64,000 nt of DNA, taken from the IMG/VR virus record IMGVR_UViG_3300035208_003217, one strand, 5' to 3'. The stretch comes from a virus. Positions 50,337 to 61,565 of the stretch are shown piece by piece. Made by a program: the position numbers and the translations under genes. Every line of letters starts with the position of its first letter. The stretch's first letter is position 1. The notes under the pieces are model-generated. The model searched no databases and was not told where the DNA came from. It worked only from the letters and a program-made list of their open reading frames with translations.

Positions 50337-52856
50337 ATGGCTAATCAAAAATTAACAGAACTTTCAGAAGACGCAACACCGTTAGATACAGATATAACTT
50401 ATGGTGTAAAAGACCCAACTGGATCTCCGTCTTCTATAAAATGGGCTTGGTCTACTTTAAAAACCTTTTTAAAGACTTATTTTGATACGTTTTATCAAGC
50501 TATTGGTTCTTATGAAGTAACGACTAATAAAGAAACCTCCACCGCCTCTAAAGGAGGAGTATTAAGGAATATAGACGGAGCAGTAGGGGATGTGGCACAG
50601 ACTGGGACAGGTTGGATTGAAGATGAGAAGTATGGTTTTGGGTTAGTGCGAACAGCCACCGCCGTTTCTGCTGAATTTGATAGTGCCGTTACAAGAACTG
50701 GCAGGTTAACATTAAAATTATCTACAACAGATGCGACTGGTAATTTATTAGTAGCTACAATGGGGACAACAGGAGCTTCACTTGGAGCTACAGCTTCTAA
50801 ATATGGCATACCATTAAAACCATCTACTACATATAGACTATCTTGTTATGTAAAAACTTCTGCTGTTGGTTCTGTAACATTAGGAATACACGAACATAAT
50901 TCTACAGGCACAAGACTGGCTACTGGTTCATTTACTACGAGTGCTTTAACAGGAACAAATGACTGGGTTCTTTTAACTAAAACAGGAATTACAAACGCTT
51001 CCACCGCCTTTGCTAATTTAATATTAAATAATCCTGGAACAGGTGGAGCATCTGACGCTTGGTTTGATGTTAATTCAATGACCCTTGAAGAAGTAGTAAC
51101 CGACACCACCTTTACTGGTAAGGTAGCAGAAAAGATAAGACCAGTATTACAAGCTGTTACTTCAACTGATAACATTGACCAGTCTTTAGACCCAACAGGA
51201 GCTTATACTAATACCTATGCTCTTACAAACGCAGTAAATGAGGGGGCAACGCATATTCAGACTTTTACTCCGACTAAAAAATACACCACAAGAATAGGGG
51301 TTTGGGTTGTAGAAGCTGGAACTGGCGTAGATTGGACTTTAGTAGTTCATACCGCTGGAAACGTGGTTGTGGTTTCAAAAACTATTGCCGCTGCTTCTTT
51401 AGTAGAGGGTGCGATGAACTACTTTGATGTGCCAAATATCTGGGCTAGTGGTGCTTTACACTTTCATTTATACGCCTCAGCAACAACTGGAACTCCAACT
51501 TGTAAAGCTAACACCTCTAACGATTTAGAAACTGCTTCTTATATCCAGAACTACGCCAAAAAAACCGAGTCCTTTTCTCTTATTGCTAACGGAATAAAAA
51601 CTCAACTAAAAGCAGATAAAGACGGCTTACTTTCTAATGCTATTATTGATTTAGATAATGGGAAGTATAATTATTATAGGGTTGGTAATAATACTCTAGC
51701 GTATGCTGATATTTTAACCGATATTTACGAGGTTAATACTATTTATGCTTCTGACGGTCCAAACATTGGAAGTGCTGGTAGATATGTTACCTATAAAATA
51801 AACACAATTTTACCAATAAAAAAAGCCTCAATTAAAGCTGTTCTACACGGAGCTTCAACTAGATTTGTTGATATTTCAGTATCGGTAAATAATATTGATT
51901 GGGTGCTATTAAAAACACAAGAAACCGCAGCACATTTTTTTACTGAAAGTTTATTAACAAATATAGCAAATAAGGGAAATATTATTTATGTAAAATTGGC
52001 TTATAGTTCTGGCGGTGCTTCTTATGCCGAGGGATTAGTATTTGAAGCCGACCTTGATACCTCCTCTATTCCTCAAGGACTATTCTATCCTATCGGCTTA
52101 AATCAATTCGCAGAAACTTGGAAAGCAACAGGCACAGTTTTATCTTATGTTTATCGCCAAGCTAAATACACTAATGAATACGGAGTTGTAATGCCTGCTA
52201 TTGAATTAAATAGTTTGTCGAATGGTGCTGGAGCGGCTCTTGGTTACTTACCTCTTAAAATAGATAACTCACAAGAAACTACCCCAGCTATCACAATTCT
52301 TGCTTCTTCTGGCGTGGCTTCTGATACAGTTTTAGACGCTGACGGAGAATATGTCGCTTTATCAAGTGGAGCAACGGAAGGTTCAGTAAATTACCAAGTA
52401 ACGATTACTAAAAATACCCTTTACCTTTCTTCAAATGCCGAAAGTGTAGATAGCACCCAAGACCCCTCACATCAAGGCAACTTTATTATCGGAGTAAGAC
52501 AGCAAGGTTTAACTGACAGGGTTAAGGATGTTGGTAACGAAATAGCTGATATAAAACAAGGAGTGCTGGCAATGGTAAATAGTTCCCCTAAAGTTGGTTA
52601 TGACGCTGGAACGACAGACGCTTATGAGATTACTATTCCTAATTTCACAGGTTATTACGCTGGTATGTCAGTAATATTTAAGGCTAATACCGCTAATACG
52701 ACTGATGCTACTCTAAACATAAATGGTATGGGAGCTAAAGCAATTGTAAAGGGAGTTTCAACTGCTTTATCAACTAACGATATTCTAGCTTTAATGTGGT
52801 GTCAATGTGTTTATGACGGAACTGCTTTCGTGCTTATGAATCCGAGAGCATTGTAA
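50337..52856 (+). CDS. large virion protein (putative tail fibre / receptor-binding protein)
   Basis: 839 aa, Thr/Ala/Gly-rich, located in the tail module. Assigned by gene order only. Confidence 0.4.
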   Translation: MANQKLTELSEDATPLDTDITYGVKDPTGSPSSIKWAWSTLKTFLKTYFDTFYQAIGSYEVTTNKETSTASKGGVLRNIDGAVGDVAQTGTGWIEDEKYGFGLVRTATAVSAEFDSAVTRTGRLTLKLSTTDATGNLLVATMGTTGASLGATASKYGIPLKPSTTYRLSCYVKTSAVGSVTLGIHEHNSTGTRLATGSFTTSALTGTNDWVLLTKTGITNASTAFANLILNNPGTGGASDAWFDVNSMTLEEVVTDTTFTGKVAEKIRPVLQAVTSTDNIDQSLDPTGAYTNTYALTNAVNEGATHIQTFTPTKKYTTRIGVWVVEAGTGVDWTLVVHTAGNVVVVSKTIAAASLVEGAMNYFDVPNIWASGALHFHLYASATTGTPTCKANTSNDLETASYIQNYAKKTESFSLIANGIKTQLKADKDGLLSNAIIDLDNGKYNYYRVGNNTLAYADILTDIYEVNTIYASDGPNIGSAGRYVTYKINTILPIKKASIKAVLHGASTRFVDISVSVNNIDWVLLKTQETAAHFFTESLLTNIANKGNIIYVKLAYSSGGASYAEGLVFEADLDTSSIPQGLFYPIGLNQFAETWKATGTVLSYVYRQAKYTNEYGVVMPAIELNSLSNGAGAALGYLPLKIDNSQETTPAITILASSGVASDTVLDADGEYVALSSGATEGSVNYQVTITKNTLYLSSNAESVDSTQDPSHQGNFIIGVRQQGLTDRVKDVGNEIADIKQGVLAMVNSSPKVGYDAGTTDAYEITIPNFTGYYAGMSVIFKANTANTTDATLNINGMGAKAIVKGVSTALSTNDILALMWCQCVYDGTAFVLMNPRAL

Positions 52857-52953
52857 TATTAGAATTATTACTTATGTTAATCTCAACAAGTAGCTAAATA
52901 TTATACGATGAGCCGAGGGATGTTTGGAATAATTTAATTAATATATATAGATA

Positions 52954-54156
52954 ATGGCTAGTTATTTATTAAAAGAAGATGGGGATTATGTCCTAAAAGA
53001 AGACGGAGATCTGATATTATTAGATGGTGTCTTTTCTAGTCCATCTACTAGTATTAGTTCATCGCCAAGTAGAAGTGTATCAAGCTCACCTAGCACGTCT
53101 TTATCTTTAAGTCCGTCAAGAAGTATTAGTAGTTCAGTATCTCCTTCTACTTCTCCGAGTAGCAGTTTATCTTCTTCTCCTAGTACGTCGGAGTCAACCT
53201 CACCATCTTCATCCGTTAGTAGCTCTATTTCTCCAAGCACCTCACCAAGTTCATCAGAATCAACTAGTATTTCTGATAGTCCCTCCGTATCCGAATCAAC
53301 CTCCCCTAGCAGCTCTCCTTCTGTAAAACCATCTATATCGTCTAGCCCTAGTGAAAGCCTATCATTATCTCCTTCTTCTAGTGAATCAACATCTGAATCT
53401 ACATCAATATCTAGTTCAGTAAGTCCTTCTAGTTCAATTAGTGAATCTCCTTCTAGTTCAGAAAGTACTAGTATTTCTAGCTCTGTGTCTCCATCAACTT
53501 CAATAAGTAGTTCCCCTTCTTTATCTATATCGAGTTCGGTATCACCTTCTACATCGATAAGTAGTTCATTATCTACATCACCTAGTACTTCTATTAGTAC
53601 ATCACCTTCTACATCGATTTCAAGTTCTGAATCTACATCAATTTCCTCTTCAGTATCACCATCTACATCGATTAGTTCTAGTATTTCATTAAGTCCTTCT
53701 AGCAGTATTTCTACTTCCATTAGTAGTTCTTTAAGTTCTTCACCATCAACAAGTCCAAGTCCATCAATCTCTCCTAGTACTTCTCCGAGTAGTTCTATTA
53801 GCACTTCTCCTTCAAGATCTATATCATCGTCAATTAGTAGTTCGATATCAAGCTCAATTTCTTTATCACCTAGTCGATCAATTAGTTTATCTCCTAGTAG
53901 ATCTTTATCGAGTTCTCCGTCAAGTTCTATTTCTTCTTCTATTTCACATAGTCCATCTAGTTCTATTAGTAGTTCGCCTAGTACTAGTATTAGTAGTTCC
54001 GTCTCAGCAAGTCCTTCTCCGCCATCAGATTTTACTCCAAAAGTCTTAAACTTTATTCAAGATAAGAAACCTAAATCAATCTACTTTATTCAAGATAAGA
54101 AACCTAAATCAATCTACTTTATTACGGATAAAGTACCTAAGATATTTAAAAAATAA
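52954..54156 (+). CDS. protein composed mostly of (S-x-S-P-S) Ser/Pro/Thr repeats (about 330 aa) with duplicated LKEDGD N-terminus and FIQDKKPKSIY C-terminal repeats
   Basis: MASYLLKEDGDYVLKEDGDLILLDG, then SPSTSISSSPSRSVSSSPS..., ending FIQDKKPKSIYFIQDKKPKSIYFITDKVPKIFKK. Confidence 0.55.
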   Translation: MASYLLKEDGDYVLKEDGDLILLDGVFSSPSTSISSSPSRSVSSSPSTSLSLSPSRSISSSVSPSTSPSSSLSSSPSTSESTSPSSSVSSSISPSTSPSSSESTSISDSPSVSESTSPSSSPSVKPSISSSPSESLSLSPSSSESTSESTSISSSVSPSSSISESPSSSESTSISSSVSPSTSISSSPSLSISSSVSPSTSISSSLSTSPSTSISTSPSTSISSSESTSISSSVSPSTSISSSISLSPSSSISTSISSSLSSSPSTSPSPSISPSTSPSSSISTSPSRSISSSISSSISSSISLSPSRSISLSPSRSLSSSPSSSISSSISHSPSSSISSSPSTSISSSVSASPSPPSDFTPKVLNFIQDKKPKSIYFIQDKKPKSIYFITDKVPKIFKK

Positions 54157-54160
54157 CAAT

Positions 54161-55351
54161 ATGCCATCATATCTACAGACTAAACAAAACAAAATAAAAA
54201 TTGCTAACCCGCCATTAGAAGATGAAGCAAGAACATATCTAACAGCAGATTGTGCTATTGGAGCCACAACTCTTGCCACACTAGATAATGGAGGATTTAT
54301 TATAACAGGAACATCTGATTATTATATTATTATAGGTGAATATGGATCAGAAAAAGCTGAGATAGTATTAGTCGATGCTAACGGAGCAGGAACATCATCT
54401 ACTGGATTTACAGTATCTGCGACAAAATATTCACATGAAGCTTCAGATCCTATTACTTTTATAAGATTTAATCAAATTTTATTTTATGGAAAAATAGCAA
54501 CAGAAGGAACAAGAGTTCTTTTGTCGACAAAAGAAATAGATTGTTCACAATTATTTACGGATTACACATATGCTGGTGATACTTACAGTTTTTTTGATTC
54601 GGCATATTATAATAGTACAGATGATAAAATATCAGTTTATTCAGATGAAATAGATAATACTTCGTTTACTCGTCAATCAATAAAAAGAATTATAGAATCT
54701 GGTCTTAGAAAAGCATTAACAAAACTTGAAGATAATCCTGAAGCAGAATTAAATTGGGATGTAGCTATTGAAACAGTTCAAGATGGAGTAGACGAAATAG
54801 TTGCTAAAAAAAGACGCTGGCCATTTTTAAGAACAATAAATTCTAGTACATCAACAGTAGCATCTCAACAATATATTGATAAACCAGATGATTTATTATT
54901 ATTAGAATACATTAAAGTAAATTCTAGAAAACTTGACTTTATGAGTCAGACTGATTATAATAACTATACAGCAACAGGAGATACAGTTCCAACAGGACAA
55001 CCTACAAATTATACAATTAAAAATAATAAATTTTATTTATTTCCAACACCTGATGCGGTTTATACCATTATCTTTGAATACTATAAAACAATAGCAGAAA
55101 TTACATCAGATTTATCTACTGAAATTGACTTTCCTTTTATTCCTATTTTAATATATTATTGTGCAGCACAATTTGCTTATATTAGAGGAAATGACAAAAG
55201 AGGAGACAAAATGTATAATATGTTTCTTAAGATACTCGATGACCAGATTATTGAATATTCTGGTCCAGAGCAAATGGGGGATGCTGAATATGTAGAAAAA
55301 ACATCAACTTATAATAGCAATGATGATGCTATAGTTGTCGAATTAGAATAA
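54161..55351 (+). CDS. hypothetical structural protein
   Basis: 396 aa. Confidence 0.45.
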   Translation: MPSYLQTKQNKIKIANPPLEDEARTYLTADCAIGATTLATLDNGGFIITGTSDYYIIIGEYGSEKAEIVLVDANGAGTSSTGFTVSATKYSHEASDPITFIRFNQILFYGKIATEGTRVLLSTKEIDCSQLFTDYTYAGDTYSFFDSAYYNSTDDKISVYSDEIDNTSFTRQSIKRIIESGLRKALTKLEDNPEAELNWDVAIETVQDGVDEIVAKKRRWPFLRTINSSTSTVASQQYIDKPDDLLLLEYIKVNSRKLDFMSQTDYNNYTATGDTVPTGQPTNYTIKNNKFYLFPTPDAVYTIIFEYYKTIAEITSDLSTEIDFPFIPILIYYCAAQFAYIRGNDKRGDKMYNMFLKILDDQIIEYSGPEQMGDAEYVEKTSTYNSNDDAIVVELE

Positions 55352-55352
55352 T

Positions 55353-56819
55353 ATGGCTCAAACAGCAATAAGATATACTAATTTTGATGGACTCTTAAAT
55401 GTAGGAGTATCAGATTTTTTATTACAGGATAATGAATTAACAGCTTGTAAAAATTGTTGGATTTATAAAATTGGAAAATTACAAAAAGTTCCAGGATATT
55501 CTTTAGCTGTTAATAGTCAAGTTATTGATAGTAAAGATGTAAGTTATTTACATTATTATTATGACACAGCATCATCAACTAATTATTTATTAGCAACAGC
55601 AGATAACGGAACAGCATTAACACTTGAATATAGAACAACAGGTAATTTCGCAACTATCTCAGGAATAAGTACAAGTTGGGATTCATATGCTACTTCAATT
55701 CCGGCAATGACAAATTATCTTGGAAAAGCGTTCATCGTTGGTTATAAATCAGGAACAACATTTTTACCAAACGCTACTGTAAAAGCAACAACATTTTCAA
55801 TTGTAGATACTGATCTTACATCAATGCCTCAAGCAAAATATATAACTACTTATAGGGATTTACTTTATATTGGTTATTGTAAAGTTAGTTCAACTGTATA
55901 TCCTTCAAGAGTTTATTTTTCAGATGAACCAACAGCCGGTGCTATTGGGTGGACTGGAATTTTAACTAATTTTGTGGAATTTGGACAAGATGACGGAGAT
56001 GAAATAACTGGAATTGCTGAATGTGCTGATAGACTTATTGTATTTAAACATTTTTCAATGTGGAGATATGATGAATCAAATAAAGTTAGAATAGCTAGTG
56101 TTGGATGTGATAGCTTTCGTTCAATTGTTAATATTAATGGTGTTTTATACTGGACTAATCGTCAAGGTACTTGGAGATATTCTGGAGGAATGCCAGAATT
56201 GATATCAGCAAAAGCACAAGAATATTTTGATGCTGTTGATCAAACAACATTAGGAAATCAAATAGGAGCTTGTTATAATGAATCAGAATATAGAGTATTT
56301 TTAGGAACAATAACAGTAGGAGAAAATACTTATACAAATACTTGGTTTTGTTGGGATACAAATAGAGAAAAATGCTATACTAGATGTACTTATGATATAG
56401 CTAAATCAGCTTGTTCATATATTGAATCAGGCAAGAAACGTTGTTATTTTGGAAATGATGATGGATTTGTTATGAAATTTGCTATACCAATTGATAAAGT
56501 ATATTCAGATAACGGTAATGAAATTGATTCATTTTTTGATACAAAGGCAATGGATCATGGAGTTCCTGAAGATGTTAAATTTACAACCCATCTAACTATA
56601 TTTTCTAATTATGCTAATGGAATGAAGTGTTCTGTTCAAAAGGATAATGAAGTAGCATTTCGGGAAGCTAATATTTCAATATTAAAGAAAAATATAGAAC
56701 AAAGAGATATATCAGGATCAGCTAATCGATTTAGATATAAATTTTATGAAAAAGGATTAGGAAAGTCATGGGAATTTGAAGGTTTTGTGATTCAAACAGA
56801 AATTAAACAAGAACCATAA
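55353..56819 (+). CDS. hypothetical structural protein
   Basis: 488 aa. Confidence 0.45.
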   Translation: MAQTAIRYTNFDGLLNVGVSDFLLQDNELTACKNCWIYKIGKLQKVPGYSLAVNSQVIDSKDVSYLHYYYDTASSTNYLLATADNGTALTLEYRTTGNFATISGISTSWDSYATSIPAMTNYLGKAFIVGYKSGTTFLPNATVKATTFSIVDTDLTSMPQAKYITTYRDLLYIGYCKVSSTVYPSRVYFSDEPTAGAIGWTGILTNFVEFGQDDGDEITGIAECADRLIVFKHFSMWRYDESNKVRIASVGCDSFRSIVNINGVLYWTNRQGTWRYSGGMPELISAKAQEYFDAVDQTTLGNQIGACYNESEYRVFLGTITVGENTYTNTWFCWDTNREKCYTRCTYDIAKSACSYIESGKKRCYFGNDDGFVMKFAIPIDKVYSDNGNEIDSFFDTKAMDHGVPEDVKFTTHLTIFSNYANGMKCSVQKDNEVAFREANISILKKNIEQRDISGSANRFRYKFYEKGLGKSWEFEGFVIQTEIKQEP

Positions 56820-58450
56820 TGGCAAATTATTCTGATTTAGGATATTCAAGCCTCCTAAATATACAAACAAATGCTAGTTCAATTAACAGCTCAAACTCTG
56901 AGTCTCTTATTGCTGATGGTTCAATTGGTTATAGTCGAACAAGCTTATCAAAACTTCAACCAGGAGAAGATGTAGAATCAGGAAATTTTCTTTCTGGAAT
57001 AAGAGGATGGAAACTTTATGGCGATGGTAATGCTGAATTTGTTGGCATTACACTTTCTGGAGGTATTTTAAAGTATGGTAAAACTTCATTCTCTGATTCA
57101 ACAAATGCTGGATATTATTTTGGTCCAGAAGGTTCTTATCAAGGATCAGCTTCTGATGCTTCATATATTAAATATACAATAGCCGATGAAACTTATACAA
57201 TAAAAGCAACAATTGATGGAGATTCAACTATTGGAGGAAGAATAGCAAGTACACTTGCCGCTGCCATTGATGCATCGGGACATTTTGCCGATGATGCTAT
57301 TGATACAGCAAATGGAACAATTCTTGGTGATTTTACTTTTGGAGTATTAGGAGCCATTCAAATAGGAAACTATGTTAATGGAGTTACAGGAGATATTAGA
57401 ATAAGTCCTACAGGTATTTTAGGAAGAGATAAAGATAATAATACTACTTTTTCAATTAATGCGACAACAGGTATCGCTATTTTAAATGGATTAGTTGTTG
57501 GAATGAATGTCGGATTAGGAACGGCACAAGATAGTGCAGGTGTTACAACAATTATTGGAGATACTGTTACTACTTCTTTCATAAATGCTTTAAATGTTAA
57601 TGCGGCAACAGTATCTGCTAGTATTTCTATTACTACACCAACAATTACTGGAGGAACAATTCAAACATCAGCAACTGGTCAAAGAGCAGTTATGTCTGGT
57701 ACATCTTTTTCTGCTTATGATGGTTCCGATGTTTTAAGAGTTACTATTTATGGAGGTTCAGATGCTTCAATTATCTTATATGATGATGCTACAATAGAAC
57801 AAGCATACTTTTTATCAACAAAAGATACACTAGGAGCATCATCAGCTCAAAATCATAATGGATTACTTAAAATTCAAGCTAACAATGATTTCTTTTTAAG
57901 AACAGGAATAAATAATACAGATAATATAGTATCATTTCAATCACCATTTGATGATGGAAGAGTAAATAGTACTACTAATACTTGGCTAAGATTTAGAGTT
58001 AATAATTCAACCACTGATAATGATTATGCTTTGTCATTATATACAAAAACATTCATTAATCCGGCTGTAATTGTATTTGGATTATGTGATACACCTGTTG
58101 CCGACCATCTAAAAAGAAAAGCTGGAACAGGATTTACAGCAGCTGATGTTGGAAAAAAAGTTTGGAATAGAAAAGATAATACATTTGCGATTGTAACAGC
58201 TTATAATTCATCGTCTGATTTAACAATAGATACTGATATATTTACAGAGATAGATGTGGGATATGAGTTATTCTTTGAACCAACAGCATATTTAGATGTT
58301 AATTCAGATATAGTAAGAATAAGAACTGCTAAAACTCCAGCGACAGCCGCAGCAACAGGAAATATAGGAGACATATGTTGGGATGATTCAAATATTTATG
58401 TATGTGTTGATACGGATACATGGAAAAAAGTAGCAATAGCAACTTGGTAA
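56819..58450 (+). CDS. hypothetical structural protein (fibre-like, Gly/Thr/Ser-rich)
   Basis: 543 aa. Confidence 0.45.
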   Translation: MANYSDLGYSSLLNIQTNASSINSSNSESLIADGSIGYSRTSLSKLQPGEDVESGNFLSGIRGWKLYGDGNAEFVGITLSGGILKYGKTSFSDSTNAGYYFGPEGSYQGSASDASYIKYTIADETYTIKATIDGDSTIGGRIASTLAAAIDASGHFADDAIDTANGTILGDFTFGVLGAIQIGNYVNGVTGDIRISPTGILGRDKDNNTTFSINATTGIAILNGLVVGMNVGLGTAQDSAGVTTIIGDTVTTSFINALNVNAATVSASISITTPTITGGTIQTSATGQRAVMSGTSFSAYDGSDVLRVTIYGGSDASIILYDDATIEQAYFLSTKDTLGASSAQNHNGLLKIQANNDFFLRTGINNTDNIVSFQSPFDDGRVNSTTNTWLRFRVNNSTTDNDYALSLYTKTFINPAVIVFGLCDTPVADHLKRKAGTGFTAADVGKKVWNRKDNTFAIVTAYNSSSDLTIDTDIFTEIDVGYELFFEPTAYLDVNSDIVRIRTAKTPATAAATGNIGDICWDDSNIYVCVDTDTWKKVAIATW

Positions 58451-58468
58451 TAATTAATTTATATAAAT

Positions 58469-60061
58469 ATGGCACTAAAAAATCAAGGAATAGCATCAGC
58501 TAATCCAAGCGCAATAGCAAATAGAGCATATATTGATGCTTTATATAAAGAAGTATATGGTAGATATGCTACTGAAAATGAATATAATAGATTTAAAAAC
58601 AATACAGTAAAAGATGCTGCTAATATTATATTAGGTCAAAATTTAAGTCCTTTTGCTGATAAATCTACAGTAGCTACATCTTCTCAGACAACTTCTGTTC
58701 CTACTCAAACACAACAAACATCATCAACTCAAAAGGCAACTTTATCATCTCCTGATGGAAGATATAAAACAATTGTAAGCATTGGGTCATCTGAAGCATC
58801 ACGACTTCAAGGATCAGGATGGAAAGTTGGAGCATCTGGAACTAATATTATAGATACTAATACTGCTTTAAATTATAAACCAACAACAGTACAATCTACT
58901 CCAACTCCTTCATCAATTCAACCAACAGGACAAAAGGCAACTTTATCATCTCCTGATGGTAAATATAAAATTGTCGTTACAACTGGTTCTGCTGAAGCAT
59001 CTCGTCTTCAAAGTTCTGGATGGACAGTTGGAGCAACAGGAAAGAATATTTTAACTAATATTAATGACGCTTTAAGTTATAGCGGAGTTCCAGTAACACA
59101 AGAAAATAATCAAACAACATCATATGATCCTTATGAAGAAGCTTTAAAATATGGATATAGTCGTGAAGATTTTGCTAATGATCCTGGATTTGAAGCATAT
59201 TGGAGTCGTAAAACACCCGAACAATTAAAAGCAGCTTTGACTTCACGTTCTGATTATGATAAAACAACTGGAAAGAAAAAAGCAGATGCTGGAACATCAA
59301 CTACTACAACAGATGAATCTGGATTAACATCAGAACAAAAAGCAGAACTTGATAAATTAAATATAGATATTGATGGAATGGATTTAAGTATTGAAGAAAA
59401 AGCTATCTTAAAACAAATTGCAGGAATGGATTTTACATCAGGAAATAAAATACCAACAGTATCCGAACTACAAACTATTATAGATACAGCAGCAAAAAAT
59501 GCTGAAACTGATTTAAGTCCTTATTATGAAAAAATAACAGGAAGAACTATTGAAGATTTATCAAATAAAATGGCTGATATTAGAAACGAATCAGCTAGAT
59601 ATACTCAACAAGAAGCATTAGCATATAAAGATAAATTAGCAACAACAAAACAAAGTTTAAGAGCAAGAGGACTAACTTTCTCAGGATCAGCAAGAGGAAC
59701 GCTTGGAGCAGAAGGTGCAATTGAAAATGCTGGAATTGAAGGAGCTATTCCAACTGAGAGACGCTATAATTGGGAAGATCAAAGAGCTGGATGGCAAGAA
59801 AAAGCTAGAGATCTTGGAATAGAAGCAGAAAGACAATTGGGTTCTGCTACTTTAAATGAAAAACAAGATATGCTTGGAAATATTATTAATCCTTACAAAC
59901 AAGGAATAACTTATAATGCTAGCAATGTTTCACCTTTATATAATGTTAATCAAAAAGGAACATCTGGATATGTAGCAACTGGAGACATAGCACTTGACAG
60001 ATTAAAAGAAATTGAAAAGAGTAAATGGGACAGAGTATCTAAATATAGATCTAATATTTAA
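58469..60061 (+). CDS. structural protein with internal tandem duplication of a 45 aa module
   Basis: QKATLSSPDGRYKTIVSIGSSEASRLQGSGWKVGASGTNI and QKATLSSPDGKYKIVVTTGSAEASRLQSSGWTVGATGKNI. Confidence 0.45.
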   Translation: MALKNQGIASANPSAIANRAYIDALYKEVYGRYATENEYNRFKNNTVKDAANIILGQNLSPFADKSTVATSSQTTSVPTQTQQTSSTQKATLSSPDGRYKTIVSIGSSEASRLQGSGWKVGASGTNIIDTNTALNYKPTTVQSTPTPSSIQPTGQKATLSSPDGKYKIVVTTGSAEASRLQSSGWTVGATGKNILTNINDALSYSGVPVTQENNQTTSYDPYEEALKYGYSREDFANDPGFEAYWSRKTPEQLKAALTSRSDYDKTTGKKKADAGTSTTTTDESGLTSEQKAELDKLNIDIDGMDLSIEEKAILKQIAGMDFTSGNKIPTVSELQTIIDTAAKNAETDLSPYYEKITGRTIEDLSNKMADIRNESARYTQQEALAYKDKLATTKQSLRARGLTFSGSARGTLGAEGAIENAGIEGAIPTERRYNWEDQRAGWQEKARDLGIEAERQLGSATLNEKQDMLGNIINPYKQGITYNASNVSPLYNVNQKGTSGYVATGDIALDRLKEIEKSKWDRVSKYRSNI

Positions 60062-60072
60062 TATATAATAAT

Positions 60073-61551
60073 ATGGCCATAAAAACATATAAAACGCCTG
60101 ATAATAAAATCTATACTGAAGGAGGAGAATGGATTAGAGATTTAGGTGATTATCAAGCTAAAGTTAGAGCTGGTGTTTATCAAACATCTATTCCTGTTAA
60201 CTCATTACCGTCGGCAACAAGGACACCTGATGGAGGAATTCAATATAAGAATGAAAGCTCCCTTACTAGCAAATTTTCAAATCTTGATAAATTAAACAGT
60301 AATACTGGATTTTTACAAACAGCAAAAGATATTATTCAAAGAAAATCACAAATTCAGCAACCATTATCAGAGGCTAAGGCATATTGGAGAACTATTCAAC
60401 GAGATACTACTCCTTTTGGTGGATTGAGAGATAAGGCACTTGAAGTACCAGGAATGTTTACAGATGAAAGAATGAGAGAATTAAGTCCTAGTGAACAAGC
60501 ATCAGTGCAAGCCGCAAGAGATGCTGCTGCCTCAGCTCATATTCAAGGAATTACGGAAGAAGAAGAATATCGTGGAACAAGAGAGGAAGATATGATTACT
60601 GCTATGAAAGATTTATTAGAAGAAAAAGATAAAATTGCTAAGGAAGCTATTAATTCCGAAGAACAAAAACTTGATATAATTAAAAAGAAAACAGAATTAG
60701 GATTACCAGTTAGTGATTCTGATTATAAAGCTGCTGGACTTGATGCAACTTCTGGTCGTGTTGGTGGTACTATTTCATGGCGTTATAATAATCCTGGAAA
60801 TATTAAATTTGGAAACTTTGCCGCAAGTTATGGTGCTACAAAAGGTGCAGAAGCGTCTGATGGTGGATCTTTTGCTATTTTTCCAGATCTTGCTACAGGA
60901 GAACAAGCTCGCAAAGATTTATTATTAGGTAAAACTTACGCAAGTCTCGATCCTGATACAGCTATGCTTAAATGGTCAGGCGGACTTACTAATGGAAAGC
61001 CAAATGGAAAAGGATATACATATCAAAAATTAGTAAAATTAGGAGCTCCTTCTATTTCTAAACCGTTTAGTCAATTCACAGATGAAGAATGGTCTCAACT
61101 ACAAACAGCCTGGAATAAAGCTGAAGGATGGAAAGAAGGAACAATTGTTGGTCAAGATCAAGGAATCAAACATGTTACATGGACAGAATCAGCTGTCAGA
61201 GCATTGGCGGCAAAAATTCCTAATATTGATTCTACTCAATTATGGAATAATTATACAGATGCACAACTTGATGAAATGGCAAAAGGTGCCTCAGGTGATG
61301 TTGTTGAACAAATTATTACTAAAATAAAACCAGCCGCTTTTTTAAGAATTGGAATTACACAATCTGATGCTAGAGAATTATTGACAATGAAACAAATGGG
61401 ATTAACAGATATAGAAATTAAAGAAGCAATGACTGGATTAAATCTTGACCCAAAAATATTAGATGAGCTAAATAAATTATTAACAACACAAGAAAATTCT
61501 TCTGATATTTTTGCTTTATTTTCTTTACTAGGACAACAAACAACTGAGTAA
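60073..61551 (+). CDS. hypothetical structural protein
   Basis: 492 aa. GGTISWRYNNPGNIKFGNF is a conserved-looking block of unknown meaning. Confidence 0.4.
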   Translation: MAIKTYKTPDNKIYTEGGEWIRDLGDYQAKVRAGVYQTSIPVNSLPSATRTPDGGIQYKNESSLTSKFSNLDKLNSNTGFLQTAKDIIQRKSQIQQPLSEAKAYWRTIQRDTTPFGGLRDKALEVPGMFTDERMRELSPSEQASVQAARDAAASAHIQGITEEEEYRGTREEDMITAMKDLLEEKDKIAKEAINSEEQKLDIIKKKTELGLPVSDSDYKAAGLDATSGRVGGTISWRYNNPGNIKFGNFAASYGATKGAEASDGGSFAIFPDLATGEQARKDLLLGKTYASLDPDTAMLKWSGGLTNGKPNGKGYTYQKLVKLGAPSISKPFSQFTDEEWSQLQTAWNKAEGWKEGTIVGQDQGIKHVTWTESAVRALAAKIPNIDSTQLWNNYTDAQLDEMAKGASGDVVEQIITKIKPAAFLRIGITQSDARELLTMKQMGLTDIEIKEAMTGLNLDPKILDELNKLLTTQENSSDIFALFSLLGQQTTE

Positions 61552-61565
61552 ATAATTATAATATT

